From Acaryochloris thomasi RCC1774 (GTDB lineage: Bacteria > Cyanobacteriota > Cyanobacteriia > Thermosynechococcales > Thermosynechococcaceae), in NCBI RefSeq assembly GCF_003231495.1, contig NZ_PQWO01000003.1, forward strand, positions 240,001 through 272,000: DNA of 32,000 bases, written 5' to 3'. The position numbers were made by a program, and so were the translations under genes. The notes below the pieces were generated by a model, which saw nothing but the letters and a program-made list of their open reading frames with translations, was not told the origin of the DNA and did not search any database. Of the stretch, positions 8,021 through 15,447 are shown piece after piece (position 1 is the stretch's first letter; each line of letters starts with the position of its first letter).

Positions 8021-8698
8021 ATGACGCAAATCTCTGATGCCATTGATGCTGCGTGGCTGTCTCGCCCCGCTGACGCTGTGGCGCCTGATCTAGTGGGGTG
8101 TCAACTGGTTCGGGCCTTGCCCAATGGTGATCTCGTTCGGGGGTTGATTGTCGAAACTGAGGCCTACGGACCGGGAGATCCGGCCTGCCATGCTTACCGT
8201 CGTCGTACGCCTCGCAATGCTGTAATGTTCGGCCCCGCAGGAATGACGTACGTCTATTTGATCTATGGAATGTACCACTGCCTCAACGTCGTTACAGATC
8301 AAGATGAGGTGCCGAGTGCGGTCCTGATTCGAGCGCTGAAGTTTGAGGAATGGCCCCATTGTTTAGATGTACAAACCAAACAGCCGCTCCATCGCATTGC
8401 TGCGGGTCCTGGCAAACTGTGCCGAGTCCTTGATATTAATCGAGAATTCTCTGGGATAGAGTTGAAAAAGGGGCAACCGCTGTGGCTGGAGCATCGGTCG
8501 GTGGCCTTTGCAGAGGCAGTGGCCAATGCAGCGTCTCCGCTGACAACAGGTCAAACAAAAGCTGATGGGACCAAGCCGTCCCAAGAATCTTCGACTTCTG
8601 AGCAGCTTGTGCAAACCACTCGAATTGGTCTGACCCAGGGAGTTGACATTCCTTGGCGCTGGTATTTAAAGGACTGTCGAGCTGTCTCAAAGCTTTAG
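8021..8698 (+). CDS. mpg: DNA-3-methyladenine glycosylase (Mpg/AAG family)
   Basis: 225 aa from the ATG at 8021 (ORF track starts at TTG 8003). Family-typical LVGC.LVR, GLIVETEAYGPGDPACHAYRRRTPRNAVMFGPAGMTYVYLIYGMYHCLNVV, and C-terminal TRIGL...PWRWY. Confidence 0.85.
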   Translation: MTQISDAIDAAWLSRPADAVAPDLVGCQLVRALPNGDLVRGLIVETEAYGPGDPACHAYRRRTPRNAVMFGPAGMTYVYLIYGMYHCLNVVTDQDEVPSAVLIRALKFEEWPHCLDVQTKQPLHRIAAGPGKLCRVLDINREFSGIELKKGQPLWLEHRSVAFAEAVANAASPLTTGQTKADGTKPSQESSTSEQLVQTTRIGLTQGVDIPWRWYLKDCRAVSKL

Positions 8699-8788
8699 AA
8701 GCAGGATTATATTATGAGATTTTTGAGGAGATCGCAAGATATGAGGTCATGATGGGTATGACTAAGAAGATGCCTGCCAATTTTGACT

Positions 8789-9400
8789 ATGCCTGTTTCT
8801 CAGACCCACTACGAAGAACTGCTGGCAACCTACAGCAATCATCAAAATGCGGTGGCGCTACTGAGACAGTATCGTCCTTACTTTGAAAAAGTCCCCAGTA
8901 TTCGTCGCTCCAAAGATAGTGTGGTGACGATTCCGTTACCGGTGGTTCAGGTCCGGCAGCAGGTCAGCACGAACCTTACCAATTCACCCTACGAACTGAT
9001 TCAGCTCCCCTGCGATCTAGCACTGCTGATGTGTGATCCGGAGTGGAAGATAAAGACAGGGGTTGAGATCATCGTTTTCATCTACCGACCGGGGGAAGAT
9101 TTCTCTGATTTACTTAATCGCTGGCGGCAAACTCAGGTGCTGCTCAGCCGGGGCTATAACTGGGAAATGCCGCTCCGGTTTCAGCATATTTTTAGTGAAG
9201 GAGCAGAGAAAGTCTATCCGCTGTTCATCATTTTTTCTGAGACGTCAGGACGGATTGAGCGCGGACTCAGGGGAGCCAGCCTGCCATTTGTCGTCCATGC
9301 AGTTCAAGAAGAGGAAGAAGAACCACTGACGCCACGGGAGGAATCGCTCAGTCAGCCTAGCGCTATTGAGGGCGAAGACTTCGCTGCTGGCTCTGAGTAA
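8789..9400 (+). CDS. Hypothetical protein with acidic C-terminal tail
   Basis: 203 aa from the ATG at 8789 (TTG at 8783 also possible). It is the only long open frame here and has balanced, protein-like composition. C-terminus is QEEEEEPLTPREESLSQPSAIEGEDF. No family recognised. The last 38 nt overlap the convergent DUF255 gene. Confidence 0.55.
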   Translation: MPVSQTHYEELLATYSNHQNAVALLRQYRPYFEKVPSIRRSKDSVVTIPLPVVQVRQQVSTNLTNSPYELIQLPCDLALLMCDPEWKIKTGVEIIVFIYRPGEDFSDLLNRWRQTQVLLSRGYNWEMPLRFQHIFSEGAEKVYPLFIIFSETSGRIERGLRGASLPFVVHAVQEEEEEPLTPREESLSQPSAIEGEDFAAGSE

Positions 9401-11414
9401 GTTGTTCTTGCAACTGAGTCATTGTTTCAGCGGGTTCTTGACAGGTTAATCCCTGACAGACAAGGCCAATGGTGCTGGCGGGCAGGTCGGAAACTTGCTT
9501 AAAAACGGTGGTGGGTAGATACGCCTGCAAGGTTGTCAATGGGTCGCCAGCGGTGCGAATCAACGTATGGTTGGCATATTGATCAAGGGCAGACACAAGG
9601 CTGGGGCAGGCTGTGGGGGAATTTTGCATGATTTGACCGAAGGTTTTAAGGGCTTGTTCGGCGCGATCGAGATGGGCAAGATCTTCGGTGAGCAGGGCAA
9701 GGCGGGTTAGATTTGCGATCGCAACTCCATTGGCAGCAGGCGTGGCATTATCGAGCCAACTTCGTTCGCGCACCAGCAAATCATCGGCAGCTTCAGCGCT
9801 GTAGTAGCCGCCCCCCTCAATCGCCCACAAACGCTCATCAAACTCAGACTGGAGCTGTCGAGCGGCCTCTAGCCAAGGCTCGGCTTCCACTGAGAGCATC
9901 AAGTTGGCCTGATGTAGGTCGAGTAGCGCCTTGATCAAAAAAGCATAGTCTTCAGACTGGGCCGAAACCGCTGATTTCCCGGCGTAGTTGAGCCGCTGCA
10001 GCCCCTCGGTACCCCGCTGATTCTGGAGGATAAAGTCAGCAGCAGTGATCGCTAAATCTAAATAGCCCGCCTGCCTAAACACAGCCGCCGCCCTGGCTAA
10101 CCCTGAGATCATCAGGCTGTTCCAGGCCACAATCATTTTGGTATCGGTCACGGGCGGAATCCGTCCCGGCCAGTCATAGTTTTTGGCCTCATCGTTGTCT
10201 TGAGCGGGAGGGAAGCGATCGACGCTGGCACGACCGTAGCGCACTGCGAACAGCTTGCTCAGAATACCTTCCATCTCTGCTGGGAATGGTCCCGACTCCT
10301 GGCGCTTGAGAACAATGCGCCCCTCAAAGTTGCCGGTCTGCTGAATTTCAAAGGTAGCCGTTAAAGTTGTCAGCTCGTCAGCAGTCAGCAACTCCTCAAG
10401 CTCAGCGGGGTGCCACACATAAAATCGACCTTCTTCCGGCTCCAGATCGGTGGGCTGGACAAAATTATCGGCATCTTGAGCGGCATAGAAATAACCAGAT
10501 TCCGCCGTCATCTCTCGCCGCAGCCACTCCACAGTTTTAGCGATGGCCCTTTCAAAGGCCGGTTCCTGAACACCCGCGCTCCAGAGATTCGCCAGATACT
10601 CCATCACCTGACCGTTGTCGTAAAGCATTTTCTCAAAGTGAGGCACGGTCCAGTTCGGGTCAACAGTGTAGCGATGCCAGCCGCCACCGACGTGATCGTA
10701 GATGCCCCCTAAAGCCAGATCGAGACCACGCTGCTGACAAGCGACCAGTGCTTGAGCATTAGACTCAAATCGACTGCCCTGGAGGGCAATGGCAGCATAG
10801 GGAATCATCGGAAAACTTGGTCCCTGCGTTGTGCGAGCCACGACTTCAATATTGGCGGCAATCCCCTGCTGGAGGAGGGCTAAATCAACAGAGTCTGAAG
10901 GCGCTAAGACCGTCATGCTACGCAGATGCTCATATAGCGTCTGCTTCTGGCTATCTAGCTTGTCTTTATCCGCGTCGTAGAAATTGCGAATCGCCTGTAA
11001 AACGTCAATAAAACCCGGTCGGCCATAGCGCGGCTCCACAGGAAAGTAAGTGCCACCATAAAAGGGCACCCGATCATCAGGTGAAAGAAACATATTTAGG
11101 GGCCATCCGCCTTGACCGGTCATCGCCTGGACGGCCTGCATATAGATGCTGTCGATATCAGGACGTTCTTCGCGGTCTACTTTGATGGGCAGAAAGTTGG
11201 CGTTCATGTAGGTTGCGATCTCATCATCTGAAAACGCTTCGCCTTCCATAACCGTGCACCAATGGCAGCTTGAGTAGCCAATGGAGAGAAAGATTGGTTT
11301 ATCCGCACGCTGAGCCGCTGCCAGAGCTTCATCACACCAGGGCCACCAATCTATCGGATTCTCTGCATGTTTACGGAGATAGAGGCTCTGAGATTGGGCA
11401 AGGCGATTGGTCAT
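9363..11414 (-). CDS. Thioredoxin-domain protein, DUF255 / YyaL (SSP411-like) with six-hairpin glycosidase-like C-terminal region
   Basis: 683-aa ORF with ATG start. N-terminus SLYLRKHAENPIDWWPW...KPIFLSIGYSSCHWCHVME-type motif (here SCHWCTVME), ERPDID, and GGWP are hallmarks of the family. Confidence 0.9.
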   Translation of the reverse strand: MTNRLAQSQSLYLRKHAENPIDWWPWCDEALAAAQRADKPIFLSIGYSSCHWCTVMEGEAFSDDEIATYMNANFLPIKVDREERPDIDSIYMQAVQAMTGQGGWPLNMFLSPDDRVPFYGGTYFPVEPRYGRPGFIDVLQAIRNFYDADKDKLDSQKQTLYEHLRSMTVLAPSDSVDLALLQQGIAANIEVVARTTQGPSFPMIPYAAIALQGSRFESNAQALVACQQRGLDLALGGIYDHVGGGWHRYTVDPNWTVPHFEKMLYDNGQVMEYLANLWSAGVQEPAFERAIAKTVEWLRREMTAESGYFYAAQDADNFVQPTDLEPEEGRFYVWHPAELEELLTADELTTLTATFEIQQTGNFEGRIVLKRQESGPFPAEMEGILSKLFAVRYGRASVDRFPPAQDNDEAKNYDWPGRIPPVTDTKMIVAWNSLMISGLARAAAVFRQAGYLDLAITAADFILQNQRGTEGLQRLNYAGKSAVSAQSEDYAFLIKALLDLHQANLMLSVEAEPWLEAARQLQSEFDERLWAIEGGGYYSAEAADDLLVRERSWLDNATPAANGVAIANLTRLALLTEDLAHLDRAEQALKTFGQIMQNSPTACPSLVSALDQYANHTLIRTAGDPLTTLQAYLPTTVFKQVSDLPASTIGLVCQGLTCQEPAETMTQLQEQLTQSQQRSLRPQ

Positions 11415-11551
11415 AATTTCTAGAAATAGGAATGATTTTTCTGGGTAAAGACAGGATAGGTTCGATATCTTGAATGACTACTCTAGTATTATCAAAACTG
11501 ACAAGACTGGAGCCGGAGTGACAAGCATCAGTCGTTCCTTACACATGAAGA

Positions 11552-11908
11552 TTGAGTGTTGTTCCTGGATCACTGATTGATGCTGAGCTGCTCTCTATGC
11601 TGTCTTTTGAGTGTGAAAACGTGAACTCTATAAACATTCTTCTTTTGCTGACCGCCGTTGTTAGTTTCTTTTACACGGTCAAATTTTTCCAGCGAGAGAA
11701 ATCGGAAGCTGGTGCGGAAGAGCTACCTGTTGTAGAGCAGCTCGGTGGGCTGTTACTAATGGGAGTGACTTATTTCTTCTATGCCAGACTATGGGGTTTA
11801 TCAAGAACGGATCTGAGTATTAGATCCGCTGTCTTGCACTTCTGTGGCTCATTTGTTGCTATTTTTCCTCTTATTTGTGCCGCAAAGGTAAGTCAGTGGA
11901 TGAAGTAG
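11552..11908 (+). CDS. Hypothetical small membrane protein (about 3 TM helices)
   Basis: ORF-track start is TTG at 11552; the first ATG is at 11597 (103 aa). Hydrophobic helices ILLLLTAVVSFFY, LGGLLLMGVTYFFY, FCGSFVAIFPLICAA. It lies in an AT-rich stretch. No family recognised, so coding status is uncertain. Confidence 0.4.
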   Translation: MSVVPGSLIDAELLSMLSFECENVNSINILLLLTAVVSFFYTVKFFQREKSEAGAEELPVVEQLGGLLLMGVTYFFYARLWGLSRTDLSIRSAVLHFCGSFVAIFPLICAAKVSQWMK

Positions 11909-11928
11909 ATCGAGGATACTTGATAAAG

Positions 11929-12648
11929 TTAGCTATCAGGTAAATCAAATAAAACAGTGGTCATATACCGCTCTGCCCACTCTGGCCCAAAGGCGTTCTC
12001 TAAGATACGGCGAGTCTTGTCGTTACGCCGTTGTTTTTCGCAGTATTGTTGCTGACCAGCCAGGATTTTGTCGCGGTGAGCTGGGGTAGAAGGGGTTGCG
12101 ATCGCACTTTCACAATGCACCTTCAAAAACGCCCCCACCTGCTCGATAAACTGCTGATCTTCCACCTCGCCTTGAGGACGAATAAAGAGACAGAACTCAG
12201 AAAAGATATCACCCCACTCCGGCAAATCACGAGGCTGAGAGAATTCAGCCTTAGGCAAATCGGTAAGCTTTTGCCGATAAACTTCCGGCAGCCTATGGTC
12301 AGTGGAGGTGGGCGAGAGATCGACAATAGCGGCACTTACCTGTCCCCGTCCCGCCACAATATCAGTACCAAACATCGGCAGATCATAGGTGGGATGGGGA
12401 AACATCACGCAGTGCAAAATATCTAACCCCGCGCCCACCTGGGCTAGCTCTAAATGCAGCTTTCGGAACTGAGGCGTCTGGTAACAGCTATTTTCAATGA
12501 CGAGTCGTTCTCCCTCTAACCGCCCCTCAATATAGCCAAGGTCAGCCGGTAACTCATAGGGTGAAAGCTGGAGGTACTGCTGCCAAGTCGACTCAATTAC
12601 CTGGGCAAGCTGCTGAATTAGGGGATGCTGCTGTTCTCGTAGAGCCAT
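11929..12648 (-). CDS. pcyA: Phycocyanobilin:ferredoxin oxidoreductase
   Basis: 239 aa from the ATG at 12646-12648. Near-colinear with my recollection of Synechocystis PcyA (IQQLA...EDLGYIEGRLEGE.LVIEN.CYQTPQFRK.HLELA.VG.GLDILHCVMFP...NDKTRR.LE.AFG..WAERYM..VLFD). The 14-codon upstream extension in the ORF track is probably not translated. Confidence 0.93.
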   Translation of the reverse strand: MALREQQHPLIQQLAQVIESTWQQYLQLSPYELPADLGYIEGRLEGERLVIENSCYQTPQFRKLHLELAQVGAGLDILHCVMFPHPTYDLPMFGTDIVAGRGQVSAAIVDLSPTSTDHRLPEVYRQKLTDLPKAEFSQPRDLPEWGDIFSEFCLFIRPQGEVEDQQFIEQVGAFLKVHCESAIATPSTPAHRDKILAGQQQYCEKQRRNDKTRRILENAFGPEWAERYMTTVLFDLPDS

Positions 12649-12749
12649 AGAGACCACCCGTAAAAAGATAGCGGGCCGATGACCCACCATCTCAGCGTAT
12701 CAACTCATGGATACATCAAGACTCAGGCAGGCGGAATGGACAAACTCCG

Positions 12750-13139
12750 TTACGGTTCTTCAAACTGACTCAGGTGAGCGAGACCGGCAGCATTGGCCTC
12801 CCAGTTTTGACCGTCAAATGGCTCAATCCTGACATTGCGAGGCTGAGGACTCAGACAGCGGAAGTTAATACTCACACCGTCTGGATTCGATCTCGGTGTA
12901 TAGAAAGGCTTCACGCCACAGATTTTGCAAAACGTGTGCTTCGCCACACCCGTATTGAAAGTGTAAGTCGTGATATTGTCTTGTCCCTTCAGCAAATTGA
13001 ACTTTTCTTTAGGGACAATCAGATGCAAATATCCAACCTTGCTACACATTGAGCAATTGCATTCCTGGACGACCAAATCTTCTGCAGCCTCAACCTCGAA
13101 CTGCAACGCACCACAGTGACAGCTCCCTTGATAGCGCAT
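12750..13139 (-). CDS. GFA family protein (glutathione-dependent formaldehyde-activating enzyme / CENP-V-like zinc-thiol fold)
   Basis: 129-aa ORF. N-terminal GSCHCGALQFEV, then CNCSMC and CKICG Cys clusters typical of GFA. Its ATG (13137-13139) overlaps the kptA stop (TAATG). Confidence 0.85.
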   Translation of the reverse strand: MRYQGSCHCGALQFEVEAAEDLVVQECNCSMCSKVGYLHLIVPKEKFNLLKGQDNITTYTFNTGVAKHTFCKICGVKPFYTPRSNPDGVSINFRCLSPQPRNVRIEPFDGQNWEANAAGLAHLSQFEEP

Positions 13140-13741
13140 TATGAACGACTCATAGACGATACAGAATCTAGCTTCTCAATATAACGCCAGGGAACGCTGT
13201 CCGTAAGCCAAACTCCATTTCTAGACTGGAAGAAAATATAGCCTTCATTGTGCATTTTGCCAGCAGCCACCTGCAGAAGAAGAGGTTGACCTCTACGAGC
13301 ACCGACTCTAAGAGCAGCGTCTTGACTGGCAGATAAATGGACATGCTGACGCTGCATTTTAGAAAGGCCCACAGCTTGAATAGCTTCGAAAAAGCGCGCA
13401 ACGGTGCCGTGAAATAAAAATTGTGGTGGCGAAGCAGACTGCAGCTCCACATCAACAGCCACTGAATGCCCTTGATTGGCTCGAATTTTCAATCCATCTG
13501 GACTGAAGGCGAATCGCTGTTTGTCATTTGTGAATACAACCTCATCTAATTTTTCCCGAGAAATAGGTCGCTTGTGCCTTTGGGCTGCTTCTAGAAGAGC
13601 GGCAATCTCTATCCAGCCATGCTCATCTAAAGTGAGACCGATAGTTTCAGGCTTATGACGTAGAACTAAGCTGAGGAATTTGCTAGTTAGGACCAGTTGT
13701 TTACGCATGTCCATCATTCTTATTTGTTCCAACTCGAACAT
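13139..13741 (-). CDS. kptA: RNA 2'-phosphotransferase (Tpt1/KptA family)
   Basis: Up to 200 aa. Aligns with my recollection of E. coli KptA along its whole length (TSKFLSLVLRHKPETIGL.LD..GW, DKQRF.FS.DG..IRA.QGHS, PPQFL.HGT, HVHLS, VGARRG.P, NGVWLT). Several in-frame ATGs (codons 1, 9, 10, 12) leave the exact start uncertain. Confidence 0.88.
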   Translation of the reverse strand: MFELEQIRMMDMRKQLVLTSKFLSLVLRHKPETIGLTLDEHGWIEIAALLEAAQRHKRPISREKLDEVVFTNDKQRFAFSPDGLKIRANQGHSVAVDVELQSASPPQFLFHGTVARFFEAIQAVGLSKMQRQHVHLSASQDAALRVGARRGQPLLLQVAAGKMHNEGYIFFQSRNGVWLTDSVPWRYIEKLDSVSSMSRS

Positions 13742-13773
13742 TGCACTGAACGCCTAACCTCACGGCACACCAA

Positions 13774-13801
13774 AAAACCCCTACAGATTTATAGGGGTTT
13801 T
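13774..13801 (-). terminator. Rho-independent terminator downstream of hpf
   Basis: Perfect 10-bp stem AAAACCCCTA (13774-13783) / TAGGGGTTTT (13792-13801) with an 8-nt loop. On the minus strand the hairpin is followed by a T-run (complement of AAAAAA at 13772-13777). It sits 25 nt after the hpf stop. Confidence 0.65.
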
Positions 13802-13825
13802 CGTAAACAGCGGTGTTATAACAAA

Positions 13826-14443
13826 TTACGCAGAAACTTTGCTGGCTGTCGCTTGACTACTATTCTTCTGGCCGTTCTGATTTCGCGGCTGAATCACGCC
13901 GTAGCCGCCGTGATTGCGCTCGTAAATGACGTTGATTTGTCCTGTTTCGGCGTTACAGAAAACATAGAAATCATGATCCACCAAGTCAAGCTGCTCTAGG
14001 GCATCATTGACGGCCATTGGCGGCATGGCAAAATACTTAGACCGTACGACATCTGCAGGGAGTTCCGGGACGCGGTCGGTCAAATCGCCGATCAGCGGCT
14101 GCTCTGCAGTCAGCAGCTCTTCTTTATCGCGGTGATGGCTCTTGTCTTGGCGTTTTTCTTTGTATTTACGGAGCTGTCGCGCAATCTTACTGGCAACTAA
14201 ATCGATGCTGGCGTAGAGGTTCTCGCTGCTTTCTTCCGCTCGAATTACAGATCCACTGACGAACAGGGTCACTTCGGCCGTCTGTTTTGATTGTCCTTTC
14301 GAACTGGGAGACACCGATAAATGGACATCAATTTCTGTTGTTAAATGCTGATAGTGGCTGGCGGCCTTCCCTATTTTTTGATTGACGTGTTCACGAATGG
14401 CGTCGGTGATCTCGATATTCTTGCCGTGGATAACAAGCTTCAT
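13826..14443 (-). CDS. hpf: Ribosome hibernation promoting factor, long form (LrtA-type)
   Basis: 205 aa from the ATG at 14441-14443, preceded by GGGGAGGAAATCCTT (strong SD). N-terminus [20 protein letters not shown] and the C-terminal dimerisation-type domain (FYVF.N.ETG.INVIYER..GGYGVI.P) are characteristic. Confidence 0.9.
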   Translation of the reverse strand: MKLVIHGKNIEITDAIREHVNQKIGKAASHYQHLTTEIDVHLSVSPSSKGQSKQTAEVTLFVSGSVIRAEESSENLYASIDLVASKIARQLRKYKEKRQDKSHHRDKEELLTAEQPLIGDLTDRVPELPADVVRSKYFAMPPMAVNDALEQLDLVDHDFYVFCNAETGQINVIYERNHGGYGVIQPRNQNGQKNSSQATASKVSA

Positions 14444-14653
14444 AAGGATTTCCTCCCCTGAATCCAATGGTTAACAACACACTAACATTTTGATCTTCTG
14501 CTCTAGGAGCTGCTTTGGTAGGTCTTCAATATGCTTTGCATCCCGTGACGATTCTTAATTGTAATCATCATTTTTTGAGGATAATTGTCGTTGACGATAC
14601 GCTATGCTCGCGCTAGGAATTTGAGGCCGATGGCAAACAATGAAGGTCTAGGC

Positions 14654-15337
14654 ATGCAGGGAAGGGAATACCGTGTGGCGCGGCCTTGTTGGTTTTATGA
14701 TCTGGGGCTGGTCCCCTTTCGGCAGGCTTGGGAATGGCAGAAGCAATTGGTTTGCGATCGCATCCCCCCATCCCAACTCCCCGACGCTTTTATCCTGCTA
14801 GAGCATCCCGCCGTCTACACCCTCGGGACGGGATCTAGCTCAGAATTCCTCAAGTTCGATCCCAAGCAAACACCCCACGAACTCCACCGGATCGAGCGAG
14901 GCGGAGAAGTAACCTATCACTGCCCTGGCCAAGTGGTCGGCTATCCGATTTTAAACCTCCGATTCTATCGCCAGGATCTGCACTGGTATCTGCGTCAGCT
15001 TGAAGAAATCCTGATCAAGACCCTGGCAGATTACGGCTTGCAAGGAGAACGTATTGAAGGTTTAACCGGTATTTGGATTGAAGGTCGAAAAGTGGGCGCG
15101 ATCGGTATTAAGGTCAGCCGCTGGATCACGATGCACGGTTTTTCTCTCAACGTTTGCCCTGACCTATCGGGCTTTGAGCAGATTGTTCCCTGCGGCATCG
15201 CCAATCGGTCGGTCGGCAGTTTAGCTGAATTTGTCCCTAATATTTCTGCATTAGAGGTACGTCAGCATCTTACTGAAAACTTTGCAAAGCTGATGCAGGT
15301 GGAGCTGGTTGAAGCAGAAGCACCCCTTTGCCCATAG
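14654..15337 (+). CDS. lipB: Lipoyl(octanoyl) transferase
   Basis: LipB motifs [54 protein letters not shown]. Start uncertain: ATG at 14654 (227 aa) is chosen by analogy to LipB N-termini; alternatives are ATG 14630 and TTG 14585. Confidence 0.85.
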   Translation: MQGREYRVARPCWFYDLGLVPFRQAWEWQKQLVCDRIPPSQLPDAFILLEHPAVYTLGTGSSSEFLKFDPKQTPHELHRIERGGEVTYHCPGQVVGYPILNLRFYRQDLHWYLRQLEEILIKTLADYGLQGERIEGLTGIWIEGRKVGAIGIKVSRWITMHGFSLNVCPDLSGFEQIVPCGIANRSVGSLAEFVPNISALEVRQHLTENFAKLMQVELVEAEAPLCP

Positions 15338-15383
15338 TGGAGTTGCATTGGGTCAGGCGCGTGCTTCAGAATAGAGCATGACT

Positions 15384-15419
15384 AAGCGGATTGGCAGCTC
15401 TACGTTAGCCCATCCGCTT
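15384..15419 (+). terminator. Candidate hairpin terminator after lipB
   Basis: AAGCGGATTGG (15384-15394) pairs with CCCATCCGCTT (15409-15419) with one mismatch and a 14-nt loop, followed by the T-containing CTATTGTGTT. The large loop and poor T-run keep confidence low. Confidence 0.35.
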
Positions 15420-15447
15420 CTATTGTGTTCACCCTACCCCCAGACCT

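Noticed and set aside
8653-8886. 77-aa ORF spanning the mpg stop and the start of the 203-aa hypothetical gene
   Set aside because: It starts at a TTG inside mpg, overlaps two better-supported frames, and ends after a short Cys/Ser-rich read with no motifs.
9301-9330. GAA/GAG-rich run that looks like a short tandem repeat
   Set aside because: It simply encodes the EEEEE tract of the 203-aa ORF and is too short and imperfect to be a repeat element. No CRISPR-like or other spaced repeat array is visible anywhere in the window.
12031-12426. 131-aa ORF antisense to pcyA
   Set aside because: pcyA is confidently identified on the opposite strand over this whole span. The antisense translation is Arg/Leu-rich with no recognisable motifs.
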